In this document: in pieces, positions 32,401 to 41,589 of the stretch
Layout: every line of letters starts with the position of its first letter
Position numbering within the stretch: position 1 is the stretch's first letter
Source: an uncultured Gammaproteobacteria bacterium
Lineage (GTDB): Bacteria > Patescibacteriota > Microgenomatia > CAYXHB01 > CAZYTL01
Length of the DNA stretch: 64,000 nt
NCBI GenBank assembly: GCA_964650355.1
Contig: CAZYTL010000005.1
Coordinates: 23,209 to 87,208, forward strand
Direction: 5' to 3'
Notes under the pieces: generated by a model
Database searches by the model: none
What the model was told of the DNA's origin: nothing
What the model saw: only the letters and a program-made list of their open reading frames with translations
Made by a program: the position numbers and the translations under genes

Positions 32401-32729
32401 AAACCCTTACTGTTAACAGACCCATAAATAAACACTGTATCCCAGCCGTTTACTGCTTCGAAAGTGATTGGGTTGCCTACACTACCTGAACGCCGGACAT
32501 TAACTGTTTCCCTATAAACCCCGGGCATGATCCTCACCCGGTCACCAGCCTGAACAGTGTTAGCTGCCTTCTGAATAGAACTAAAAGGCAGTTGTTGTGT
32601 ACCAGAGTTATTATCATTGCCTGTAGTTGACACATAATAATCCGCCGCCCATACAGGTTTAGTTATCACTCCACCTAATCCGGCTATCAGCAGCACCAGC
32701 CCCAATTTAAACCAATCTCTATGACCCAT
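29457..32729 (-). CDS. Large secreted beta-helix protein + dockerin-like tag + LamG domain
   Basis: YYVSTTGNDNNSGT...SIQKAA...AGDRVRIMPGVYRE, YDIGALEY, GDLVNDEQINSLDW, LamG nearly the same as in 23103..25175. Confidence 0.85.
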   Translation of the reverse strand: MGHRDWFKLGLVLLIAGLGGVITKPVWAADYYVSTTGNDNNSGTQQLPFSSIQKAANTVQAGDRVRIMPGVYRETVNVRRSGSVGNPITFEAVNGWDTVFIYGSVNSKGFSWRSEGNGVYSADISQLPAKPELIYELQVPGSAFNGWPKYPEITFFQEIGDGIVKYPKAHEPDFTVETYWKYHENWATADGGNSVWNDNQARSGCPSSPASDLLACMSPKMTANSSLYNLTDQNTGGDGLDLRKYADLVGAVAYMMDTRSAFYIFRRQISSFDKSSGKIGWSDRADFDYLSGIPGIGAFTKYYLEGNPAFLDREMEWYINQNRLYIKTRTQVSPANLNIEIATRGIGLDFSEQSNLVFKGLDIMFVNNLLNNEGDIQNPEGALVGFHYSQQGEHVKFDHIKIAHSGKGITLRRPKVKDGLLSKDTQIVNSEIYDIEGNALVTYPYSLEGMTTSGFPMMQIVNNQIHHIGFKPVNRDYGLYFSNAYKLIIKDNYIHDVAHKCIAVTESLGEYILVKDNYLERCGLNHSEGSGFGIYSKDVPYTKVLVMGNVIRNNRGWSYASANAFWRTTSTNGPNYNGVGFFQGFSGSGLNQDRTTGITIYRNIFINNGYIGTSGKAKVYNNTIMGMGVTRNGILAGGKSSTFDNFTIRNNIIDDNYFGIVANPANMNNPKVDYNLYQRDSSIGVPPIPNSANPAGHLLLDSGLYPKEDYIYAKVCDANDRGESICYQTPWEVHGVENQGQKLFVDATNLDTSPIQSIKAKLSLASGSKAIDSGMEPSEVKTLMANMAQVLGITIVDQAKSGNAYDIGALEYGGAVPLTPTPTPPPGTPTPTPVPIPSWLKFLTNWFGNLIAGDLVNDEQINSLDWTTKVSREGGSSFTNYALRFDGVDGYVEVPHSTDYKPVNQITIEGWIKADSFSTNNNLTSTAFNQMRIWMMGNNSIGQGFSCYLNYVNTGNQRVSWYTGVETGRWYHLACVYDGQYQRLYVDGVKVGEITVGSDTINQDSNPLMIGRMSTEYTDGEIDEVRIWDVARSEAEIEGNMNREVDVNTSELVGYWRLNEGNETLAHDATGNHNDGQLTNGVEWVADRPF

Positions 32730-32809
32730 GTCTTCACTCTACCACGGGTCAAGCATCACGAGCACGTAACAATAACTTCTTTAGACTCCTGATTACCGTT
32801 TACCATTTA

Positions 32810-32845
32810 CCTGCCCGCAATGCTACGCATCGCGTTGCAGGCGGG
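32810..32845. repeat. REP-like palindromic element
   Basis: cctgcccgcaatgc-tacgcatc-gcgttgcaggcggg imperfect hairpin just downstream of the 32850 stop. Same as the outer element at 2638. Confidence 0.7.
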
Positions 32846-32849
32846 CTGA

Positions 32850-34358
32850 TTACAGATTACTTATTACCTTTCCCCAATCCATCACATTCACTATCCCATC
32901 CCCGTCTTGATCTCCGAGGGGACTCTTCCAGTTCATCAATAACTCTTTCCACCAACTCTCTCCTTCCGGTAATTTCGGATCAGTCCCGTTCAAATACTCC
33001 TCCAAATCCGTATACCCATCCCCGTCAAAATCGCTTCCCGAATCATCAGCGGAACCTTGGTTCAAATTACCAAAATTAGCTAGCTCCCAACTATCTGGCA
33101 TTCCGTCACTATCCTCGTCATTAAATACTGTTACCGAACTTAAATTAGGCCACTTAATCGCTGACCTTCCACTTGCACCATCATAATCAACTCCATTTAG
33201 ATAACTCGCGTTTCCGTTCTTTAATTCATCAATTATCCTCCGAGTATTCGCATCCGTCACCGACAGTCTGGGACCGGCCTCGTCCAAAATCTTCTGATAA
33301 GCCTGCTCAGCACTCTCTACCTTTTGCATCGAAAAGGGCTCGTTCCTCGTACTCCTGTATGCTTCTAAGGGTGGTCTTCTAATATAAGCGATTCCCGGAG
33401 CCACATTCCCGATCTCATACACTGCATTAGTATAAATCTGTGTGTCCATGGTAGCATCCGGCTGGTATACATATTCAATCCCGCTGGCGCTTTCCGGGCC
33501 CTTCAAAAAATAATTATTAATCAAATTTAATGATCGCGGATTACCACTCACTGGCGTGTGCCCAAAGTTATAAACTAAATTATTTACAAAATCAACGTTC
33601 TGACTCAACCGGATTTGAGGATTCCGGGCTGTAGAATTAGTTAACAAATTATGATGCAACGTCACGTACTTTGCATAATTAAACAATTCATTCTTATTCC
33701 TGGGAAAATTAGTATTCATCGAATGGAAGTTTGGCGGTCGCGCCTCGCTATGCTTTGAATGATACAATCCCTCACCTAGAATAGACCATTGAATCGTCAC
33801 ATAATCCGCAGTTGGCAATATCTCCGGCCCGCCCTGGTCGGACCCCCAGATCAATTCGCTGTGATCTATGATGATATTTTCATATCTTACAGTCCCGCTA
33901 GCCTTACCAATATTAATTCCCGCCCTAGTGTCAGGAGAACTGGAACTTTGCGAAACATCATCACCCACCCTCAATTTCAAATATCTAATTACCACATCAT
34001 GAGTAAATATAAATAAACTGGCATCTCTTATCTGAATACCGTCTCCGGGCGCTGTCTGGCCGGCTATAGTTATATATGGATTCTCGATTTTTATATTACT
34101 TTTAAGTCTTATTGTTCCCCCGACTTTAAACACCACCGTCCTCCGACCCGACGCCTCCAATGCCGCTCTGAAACTTCCCGGTCCGGAATCATCTAAATTT
34201 TGCACATAAATTACCCTTCCTCCGCGTCCTCCCTCCGTTGTTGATCCAAAACCTTCTGCCCCCGGAAAAGCGGGTAAAGAAACCGCCCAAACCGGACGAA
34301 CTGCCAACAATCCCATCCCTGTTACCATGAAACTTACAACCAACCAGCTTCGTCTCAT
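32850..34358 (-). CDS. Secreted pectate lyase (PL1-like) + dockerin-like tag
   Basis: AFPGAEGFG..TEGGRGGRVIYVQNLDDSGPGSFRAA, ITIAGQTAPGDGI, IIIDH, RNP, DSDGMPDSWE...DGDGYTDLEEYLNG, GDQDGDGIVNVMDW. Confidence 0.9.
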   Translation of the reverse strand: MRRSWLVVSFMVTGMGLLAVRPVWAVSLPAFPGAEGFGSTTEGGRGGRVIYVQNLDDSGPGSFRAALEASGRRTVVFKVGGTIRLKSNIKIENPYITIAGQTAPGDGIQIRDASLFIFTHDVVIRYLKLRVGDDVSQSSSSPDTRAGINIGKASGTVRYENIIIDHSELIWGSDQGGPEILPTADYVTIQWSILGEGLYHSKHSEARPPNFHSMNTNFPRNKNELFNYAKYVTLHHNLLTNSTARNPQIRLSQNVDFVNNLVYNFGHTPVSGNPRSLNLINNYFLKGPESASGIEYVYQPDATMDTQIYTNAVYEIGNVAPGIAYIRRPPLEAYRSTRNEPFSMQKVESAEQAYQKILDEAGPRLSVTDANTRRIIDELKNGNASYLNGVDYDGASGRSAIKWPNLSSVTVFNDEDSDGMPDSWELANFGNLNQGSADDSGSDFDGDGYTDLEEYLNGTDPKLPEGESWWKELLMNWKSPLGDQDGDGIVNVMDWGKVISNL

Positions 34359-34418
34359 ATTCTCACTCTACCATGGATCAAGCATCACGTAGCACTAACA
34401 CGTAACAAGTCCGATAGC

Positions 34419-36536
34419 CTACTGACCATTGACCCTCACAGTCCAGTCCCAGCTATTCACTTTCCCATCCCCATTTCCGTCTCCTGTTACTCCAAACCAA
34501 CTACTCAGCAAATACTCCCACCCAGGTCCCTGATAAACTAATCGCACCGCATCCGCCACCACATCCTCTCCTGAACTGGCCATATCACTTACTACCACCG
34601 ATCCTTGATTCATAAAATAATGTCTCCCCAATAGATTCCATTGCCCGTCAGTTACCTGTTGATTCATCCTCAACTCGTCTGTCCCTCCGGCAAAATTGAT
34701 CGTGTACGGCACATCAGCAGGCCGCTTCGCCAATGGCCACCAACTCGCATACACATCATACATTCCCGGTTTACTTACACTAAATGACCAGGTAGCTGTA
34801 TCTCCGTCTCCTATCAAATGATTAAACAGATGCGATCCTCCATAGTGCAACCCTTGGGGATCAACGTATTCCTGCCAAGCATCCGGCCCGGATGTGGTTC
34901 GGAATCCCGCGTCCGCGTTATCCACAATCACCACCTCTATATCAGGTGTAGGAGTTGGCGTCGGGGATAACGTCGGCGTCGGCGAAGCTGAACCCGGGGT
35001 CGGAGTGGGAATCGTCCCTCCGTACACTCCATCCAGAGTTTTCCATAATCCCCCACTGCTTTGCCATGTAACCGAAATCCCTCTCTCCGCCATAATTCTG
35101 TCTTCCATAGGCCAGGGCCACAACGGCTGAGTCGTTAATACTCCGTCTTCGTAACGATATATTACATCCGCCCCCACATCTCCTCCGTTTTCTCCTTTGC
35201 CAGCCAATTCCGTCCTTGAGGCCATTAAATAAGCCCCGTATCCGTATTTGCCCACCGGCCAATTAACCGTTAACGAACTTTCATTACTCCCGCTACTGGT
35301 ATTGAAATAAGGATGCGTCATCACCGGTGTGAATCGATTTTGAGAGTGTGTCAACAAACCGGAAACCCCGCTTTCTTTATAGAAAGCGTACCCGGAATCC
35401 AATCCGCCGAAATAAGCATCCCTCACTTCCAAGGCTCCGGAGTTTCCTTCGGCCAGCACCACACCTCTGGCAGCAGCGGCATTGCTGATCCACGTAAAAT
35501 TCCTTACCTGGTTATTACTACTTTTATTCGAAGACACGCCCCTGGGTGCTGATTCTGCGTTCGTGGCGTTAATCGCCACAATATTTTCCATCCGACAACC
35601 ACTACACGACGTAAAGTAATAAGAATTTCCCTTGCCTTCCTTAATTACCGACCCCAAAACTTTCTGGTTTTGTCCCGGAATAATAATTCCGTGCACCGGT
35701 GCGCTATAAGCATTACCCGAGCTGTCTTTTCCGTGGCATGGCAAAGCCTCCGCACTGCCATTAAACCCGATCGCATTTTCAATCACCGTATTATAACCTC
35801 CGTATACTTCAATATTTTGACACCATGCATACTTATCAGGATTGCTGAATTTCTCCCACAGATTAAAAAATCTCCGCACAGTCACATCATACGTATCCCA
35901 ATCAACCAGCAAACCATGAATCCCTTCCCCGTAAGCTGCTCCGTCTTCAATTAAAATATCATGCGTATAAATCAATTGATTATTTGTGTCTCTACCTCCT
36001 CCTTCAATTTTAAACACCGGATTCCACAACCCCTTCCCGTCTCTGGCAGACACCCTTCGTAAACGAACATCATGCGACCCTGATCCCGCCACCCCGCTCA
36101 CCCCCTTGATCGTTACCGGTGAACATTGCCCCCCCACAATATTGGGATTTGAACATTTTCTAAAATAAATCCCTTCAACATCAATATAGCTTGACCGCTC
36201 TATCCACAAAGTCAAACGTTGATTCTCACCGTCTACTACAACCTGGCCGTCATTAATTGCTCTAATTACAATCCGTGCATCAACCCTGCCTTGTTTATTT
36301 ACCACCTTCATTGCCTGTCGATACGTCCCGTTATAAATATTTAATCTATCTCCGAGACCCAATTCTCCTATCGCGTGGGCAAAAGTCGCCCACGGACTCT
36401 GACTGCTACCACTGTTACTATCACTCCCGTTCGTAGCTACATAGTAATCCACCGCCCACACCGGTTTAGTTACCACATTCAAATTCATCCCCACTCCGAT
36501 CAATAATCCAACCACCGTAACCATTCTTATCTTCAT
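34419..36536 (-). CDS. Secreted beta-helix protein + golvesin-like module + dockerin-like tag
   Basis: YYVATNGSDSNSGS...PWATF, LWPWPMEDRI, accessory module very similar to 4755..6650, GDGNGDGKVNSWDW. Confidence 0.8.
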   Translation of the reverse strand: MKIRMVTVVGLLIGVGMNLNVVTKPVWAVDYYVATNGSDSNSGSSQSPWATFAHAIGELGLGDRLNIYNGTYRQAMKVVNKQGRVDARIVIRAINDGQVVVDGENQRLTLWIERSSYIDVEGIYFRKCSNPNIVGGQCSPVTIKGVSGVAGSGSHDVRLRRVSARDGKGLWNPVFKIEGGGRDTNNQLIYTHDILIEDGAAYGEGIHGLLVDWDTYDVTVRRFFNLWEKFSNPDKYAWCQNIEVYGGYNTVIENAIGFNGSAEALPCHGKDSSGNAYSAPVHGIIIPGQNQKVLGSVIKEGKGNSYYFTSCSGCRMENIVAINATNAESAPRGVSSNKSSNNQVRNFTWISNAAAARGVVLAEGNSGALEVRDAYFGGLDSGYAFYKESGVSGLLTHSQNRFTPVMTHPYFNTSSGSNESSLTVNWPVGKYGYGAYLMASRTELAGKGENGGDVGADVIYRYEDGVLTTQPLWPWPMEDRIMAERGISVTWQSSGGLWKTLDGVYGGTIPTPTPGSASPTPTLSPTPTPTPDIEVVIVDNADAGFRTTSGPDAWQEYVDPQGLHYGGSHLFNHLIGDGDTATWSFSVSKPGMYDVYASWWPLAKRPADVPYTINFAGGTDELRMNQQVTDGQWNLLGRHYFMNQGSVVVSDMASSGEDVVADAVRLVYQGPGWEYLLSSWFGVTGDGNGDGKVNSWDWTVRVNGQ

Positions 36537-36589
36537 ATATTCACTCTATCATGCAAGATTTCATTCCGTATACCTACTCCGTAAATCCT

Positions 36590-37325
36590 CTACCTCCTCG
36601 CCCACCCCACCCCATTGATCAACTGACCGTCGATATGATTACTCGTCGCGTCATGTGCCACCATTCCGCTCCCCTCATTAAACTTCCAATAACCTACCAA
36701 TCCCGGAGAACTCACGTCCACCTCCTTGTTCATATTCCCCTCGATCTCCGCCTCACTTCTGGCCACATCCCAGATTCTCACCTCATCTATCTCCCCGCTC
36801 ATATACTCTGCGCTCAACCTCCCAATCAATAATGGATTGCTATCCTGGTTTATCGTATCACTCCCGACACTGACCTCTTCCACCTTTACTCCGTCTACAT
36901 ATAGCCTCTGATACTGTCCGTCATACATACACGCCATGTGATACCACGTATTATTACTCACACTTGTGTCCCAACTCACCCGACGATTGCCTGCATTAAC
37001 GTAGTTAAAATAACAATTGAAACTGCTTTCATTTACCCACAGTCTCATCTGATTAAAGGCTGTACTCATCAAATTACTATTAGCGCTAAAATTATCAGCC
37101 TTCACCCATCCCTCTATCGTAATTCTATTACCGGGCTTGTATGCGCTACTACTGGGCACTTCCACATAACCATCCACCCCGTCAAAACTTAAACTGTAAT
37201 TCGTATTCATCCCCACTTTCGTTGCCCAATCCAAACTATTAACCTTTCCATCCCCAACCAAATCCAGTCAGGCTCATCCCCAGCCCTATCAATAACCAAA
37301 CCAGCAAGACTAATCTTCTCCGCAT
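36590..37325 (-). pseudogene. Internally deleted array member: promoter + signal peptide joined out of frame to dockerin-like tag + LamG
   Basis: ATG at 37325 (promoter box at 37331) gives MRRRLVLLVWLLIGLGMSLTGFGWGWKG*. The tag/LamG ORF 36590..37261 is in another frame (offset 64 nt). No catalytic core. Confidence 0.8.
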
Positions 37326-37381
37326 ACTTCCACTCTATCATAGCCCAACGTAACCCATACGTAACAAAAACAAAATGCTAA

Positions 37382-39976
37382 TTACTGACCAACAACTACC
37401 TCTGTCCAGTCCCAACTATTCACCTTCCCGTCTCCATTTATATCTCCTAAACTTGTCAACCAGTTCATCAACAAATACTTCAAATCTCTCATCCGATATA
37501 TTAGCCTGTCTTTAATCACCATCTCCCCAAAAGCCGTGGTATCATCCGCCGGTTTTTTCACTTTCACCGGAAACCATAATAAATAGTTGTCCCTGCTTCC
37601 TCCGTCGTCATCGTCATTGATACCCAAATCAAACCCCATTATTTGATTCACTGATACATTACTCTGCCCTAAATTGGGATCCCAAGGTATGGCTACTTCT
37701 ATCACGTAGCCATCGCTACTGATGGCCACCGCATGCTCCACCCCGGTTGCTTCGCTGATTGCCCCATGCTCAGCTATACGGTTGAGTAAATCAACCGTAT
37801 ATTGGTGGTCGTTCGCATCATAATCAGCCTGACTATCTCTATCCCCGTCTACAAAAATCTCCACGCTGTCATCATCCCATATATTAGTCGACTCGTTACT
37901 TACCAATTGATCATCTGTCACTTTCACCCCTACATATAAATACTGCTCATCCCATGCCATCTGCCAACTCCCGTTCACGTCACTTGCCGGCTCACTCGCC
38001 TCCGCATAGCCAAACTCCCCCTCGTTCACTGGTATCCCTTGCCAGTCATCCAAATTCCCATCTATCATCAACGGCGCAAACACCCGCACTCCTTCCACCG
38101 GTAACCACGGCACTATCGTCGGCGTCGGACTGGCACTACTACTAACTGTTAACTGTCTCCAATTATAACTCAGAGTAGGATACCCTGGATAACTAAGAGT
38201 AAACACGTCTGATCCGTAAGCAAACTGCGCATAAGGACTATCCAAAATCGGATAACTCAAGTCAGCTTTAGTTAACGCCTGTCCGTTAATTTCCCGCCCT
38301 TTTAAAATATCACTGTCATATCGCAGTGACAAACTGGCTCCGTCTTTTGCTTGATAATTAATTTGCGGATAGGTTTTACTAAAACTCACGCTGCGTGATC
38401 GGATATTCTGCTTAAAAGCATCAAAAGACGCATAATCGTCAACATGGGCAATTTCCCCGACTCCACCTGATTTTCCATTTGCCCTTACTAACCAATAACC
38501 ATTCTTTGAATCCCAAACCATTTTTCCACTCTCTCCCCAGGCTCGGTATGCGATATAAGCTTCACCCTGCTGACCAAACCACCACCCGCTATAAGAAGAA
38601 GGTACATCCAATGTCGCATACTTAGGAATGTGCACCTGGGTAAACTCATACGTCTTCCCGTAAGGATTCCATACCTGCATCATCACATTCTTATAAAAAA
38701 GCATCCTCCGCTTCCCTCCGAACTCTATAGTAAAATCTCCCTCTCCGCTACCCGAATTTGCTTGGTTTGGGTCGCTGAAATCACCTGCATCCCCCGGTTG
38801 GATCTGAGTCAACACCGTCCTCTTCCCCCCTGCCTCTTCTGAAGTATAAATGCTATTCGTCTGGCCGTTGTTGGGCCAACCACTTGTATAGGCTTGACTG
38901 CCCCCCATGCCTGCTGCCTGGTTTTTAAGCACAAAATAATTCAACGGGTCTAGCCTCTTGTTGTCTATAAAGATTGCCGTGCCATAATCCCTGATATCTG
39001 AAAAAATGTCTGCCATTCTCCGCCATGAAAAATTTCCCTCAGCCGCCTTGCGGTGATAAATCTCTCTAATGATATCAGGAGGTTGATAACCTGACACCAC
39101 AATCCCCGGAGCTTTCCAGCTTAAAAAACCAGGCACGGGAATCTGCTCGGCAAACAACAACCACTTCCCGGTCAGAGACCAATTATCGTCCTCTACTGCC
39201 CCTTTATAGTCTCTACTTTCCGGCCCCACGTAAAGATTATGCGGCAACAAATTCAACGCGTTATTCAACAAAATATAATCAAGCGCAAACTGAGCCTTCT
39301 TCCGAATCTGCGCATCATTAGAATACGTCAAAGCCGTCAATCCCAAACAGGTGAGATCCGTGTAACTAGCGGAGTTGAATTCGAATTCTCCACTGGTCAT
39401 CATCCTTTCATAAGCCCGGTTAAAACGCATCTTTGCCACATCAATTCTAGTCTGATTCCCCAAAGCCTCCCCTGATAACATCACCGTCGCCGCCCACGTT
39501 ACCAAATGATTACTCATGGGTTCATCTCTGTTATCACCCCAAGTATCGTTCATTGCCCTTCTGAATACCTGATTCTTCAAGTCCGTACTAATACCAATAT
39601 CCGGATATTTCCTCAACCCCAAAACCACACTCACAGTCCAATGGTGATCAGCATTGCTATTGTTTAAACTCAGTGTGGTCTTGATATCTTTTTCCAAATT
39701 AGCCACTGTGTCATCAGAGTACGCCCATCCCCGCTTAATCCGCTCCATTCTGGCCAAAATCACTCCGCCGTTTTTCCGAATATCTCCGTCAATCGTTCGA
39801 ATATTCCTGTCCCAATTTCTAATCAAATATTCCGCGTGCTGATTATAGATCGTTTGATAACCACTCTCTACGATCGCAGCTTCTACAGGCAAAGAAAACC
39901 AGTAGACAAACACTATTGCCATTACTAAGCACACCCCCGTCTTAAATCCCCCGCTAATTAGATTACTTTTTGTCAC
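37382..39976 (-). CDS. Secreted alpha/alpha-toroid + beta-sandwich (heparinase II/III-like) protein + CBM9-like domain + dockerin-like tag
   Basis: SNHLVTWAA...EFNSASYTDLT...GPESRDY pattern, CBM9-like module shared with 275 and 14604, GDINGDGKVNSWDW. GTG start preceded by TGC-TAGATT. Confidence 0.7.
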   Translation of the reverse strand: MTKSNLISGGFKTGVCLVMAIVFVYWFSLPVEAAIVESGYQTIYNQHAEYLIRNWDRNIRTIDGDIRKNGGVILARMERIKRGWAYSDDTVANLEKDIKTTLSLNNSNADHHWTVSVVLGLRKYPDIGISTDLKNQVFRRAMNDTWGDNRDEPMSNHLVTWAATVMLSGEALGNQTRIDVAKMRFNRAYERMMTSGEFEFNSASYTDLTCLGLTALTYSNDAQIRKKAQFALDYILLNNALNLLPHNLYVGPESRDYKGAVEDDNWSLTGKWLLFAEQIPVPGFLSWKAPGIVVSGYQPPDIIREIYHRKAAEGNFSWRRMADIFSDIRDYGTAIFIDNKRLDPLNYFVLKNQAAGMGGSQAYTSGWPNNGQTNSIYTSEEAGGKRTVLTQIQPGDAGDFSDPNQANSGSGEGDFTIEFGGKRRMLFYKNVMMQVWNPYGKTYEFTQVHIPKYATLDVPSSYSGWWFGQQGEAYIAYRAWGESGKMVWDSKNGYWLVRANGKSGGVGEIAHVDDYASFDAFKQNIRSRSVSFSKTYPQINYQAKDGASLSLRYDSDILKGREINGQALTKADLSYPILDSPYAQFAYGSDVFTLSYPGYPTLSYNWRQLTVSSSASPTPTIVPWLPVEGVRVFAPLMIDGNLDDWQGIPVNEGEFGYAEASEPASDVNGSWQMAWDEQYLYVGVKVTDDQLVSNESTNIWDDDSVEIFVDGDRDSQADYDANDHQYTVDLLNRIAEHGAISEATGVEHAVAISSDGYVIEVAIPWDPNLGQSNVSVNQIMGFDLGINDDDDGGSRDNYLLWFPVKVKKPADDTTAFGEMVIKDRLIYRMRDLKYLLMNWLTSLGDINGDGKVNSWDWTEVVVGQ

Positions 39977-40009
39977 TATTTTTAATCTAGCACACCCTTA
40001 CAGTTACCA

Positions 40010-41458
40010 CTACTGTTTTACCACTCTTACCCAATCCCAACAATTCACCTTCCCGTCTCCATTCTGATCTCCGATGGCGCTAAACCAATTGACCAACCAC
40101 GACTTCAAATTAGTCAGGTCTAAAGAAATTTTTTCAATCCGGATTTTGTCAAGTTTGGTGTTCATTTCCCGTCCTTGAAAGCGGAGAGTGTAGACCGGCC
40201 CGTTTGTGAGAGTAAAGATTCGGGGATCAGTTTTAGGCGAATCAAAAGTACCGCTGCCCCGGTAGCTGACCTGATTCCAAACCCAAGAAGTGGGAGGTTG
40301 AGTATCAATGGTTTGGTAGAGGATATCCCAGATGTCAGCAGTAGTAGGAGAGGTTTGGTTGATGGTAACGTAGAAGGAGTTATCGTTACCGGCAGTAGGC
40401 CAGACTCTGCCTGAGACTAAGTAGTCACCAGATTGGGCAACTCTGAATTGGAAGGCGGCGTTTCCATTATCTGCTTGGGAAGAATAGATATATTGACCTC
40501 CGGAAGCCGTGGAGTCAGAGTTGATAGTCATGGAAGATAGTTGCATAGACTCGGCCTCCGATTCATAGGCAGTTTGGATCAGAGCCGGAGTAGGTGTCGG
40601 GCCGGTCGTTGGGGAAGGCGTAGGAGTAGATGTGGGACCTCCCGGACAGGGAGGTCCTCCTTGATCAGGATTCACTTCTGCACAACTGGTACCTCTCCGA
40701 TACTCATCGTGATAGATAATCTCTGTATCACTATAAATGTCTTTGTTTCTATAAATCCCCATCTTCAAATAAGGCCCAGTATTATAATCGTAATCGTAGC
40801 CTACTGGCCCACCGTAATCTAAAACAGGATCCGGATTGCCATCCATCCAAACCCTCACATAATGGTTTCCTGATAGTCGGTAATCAAAACGAGTATTAAA
40901 AATAAAATCATGCCATACTCCCTGTGTTGCTTTTCCAATCCATTTATCCTGATTAGATCCTTCTGTAGATCTGATGCCAATATAAAAATCGCCCCCATAA
41001 ATGTACTGCAAGCTTAAAATCGGGCTATCTCCTCCGGTAGCCGCATGCCATTGGGCTATTATATTAAATCTGTAAGAACCATTTGGCTGATACCTAGGGT
41101 CAATATATACTGAAAACCCCTGCCAAACGTCTGTTGAATAAGGGATTTTGTCTTGATCATTAGCTCCATTTAACATAATTTCGGAGCGTTCATTTCCTCC
41201 CATGGGGTTTGGTGTGGGTATGTTTCCATCTCGCACTATGTTTCGCACCGCATATTTGCCGCTTCTTACCGGACTGGTTACCACCTGCGTCGAATCGGTA
41301 CAACAATGGCCACCATCTCGCCACCCGCTTAAATCCCCACTCTCAAAATCCAACACCTTGTGTTGAATATATTGAGCTCTTGCTGGGAACACAGCCACAA
41401 ATCCCATTACCCAGCATGCAACCACCAATCCAGCAATTCGCCACCATTTCCTGTCCAT
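40010..41458 (-). CDS. Secreted polysaccharide lyase (heparin lyase I/jelly-roll-like) + CBM-like module + dockerin-like tag
   Basis: DFESG...ERSEI...WQGFSVYI...IIAQWH...YLKMGIYR...IYHDEYR, EAESM module, GDQNGDGKVNCWDW. Confidence 0.85.
   Translation of the reverse strand: MDRKWWRIAGLVVACWVMGFVAVFPARAQYIQHKVLDFESGDLSGWRDGGHCCTDSTQVVTSPVRSGKYAVRNIVRDGNIPTPNPMGGNERSEIMLNGANDQDKIPYSTDVWQGFSVYIDPRYQPNGSYRFNIIAQWHAATGGDSPILSLQYIYGGDFYIGIRSTEGSNQDKWIGKATQGVWHDFIFNTRFDYRLSGNHYVRVWMDGNPDPVLDYGGPVGYDYDYNTGPYLKMGIYRNKDIYSDTEIIYHDEYRRGTSCAEVNPDQGGPPCPGGPTSTPTPSPTTGPTPTPALIQTAYESEAESMQLSSMTINSDSTASGGQYIYSSQADNGNAAFQFRVAQSGDYLVSGRVWPTAGNDNSFYVTINQTSPTTADIWDILYQTIDTQPPTSWVWNQVSYRGSGTFDSPKTDPRIFTLTNGPVYTLRFQGREMNTKLDKIRIEKISLDLTNLKSWLVNWFSAIGDQNGDGKVNCWDWVRVVKQ
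40130..40610. repeat. Inverted copy of the CBM-like module at ~43130-43615
   Basis: Both encode WDILYQTIDTQPPTSWVW.QVSYRG.GTFDSP.TDPRIFTL, and the nucleotide reverse complement aligns closely by eye. Confidence 0.85.
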
Positions 41459-41589
41459 ACCTCCACTCTACCGCAACCTAACCTCAACTATCAACCTTTT
41501 CCGCCTCATGATATTCTGTAAATAAGTACTCATCTACCCATTTTTAAAAACTACCAATTCTCTCCTTAATTATTCTTATATGTAAAATC

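Noticed and set aside
768-41481. Numerous short + strand ORFs antisense to array genes (and minus-strand ORFs opposite housekeeping genes)
   Set aside because: Shadow ORFs favoured by the strong strand skew. Their recurrence simply mirrors the repeated modules.
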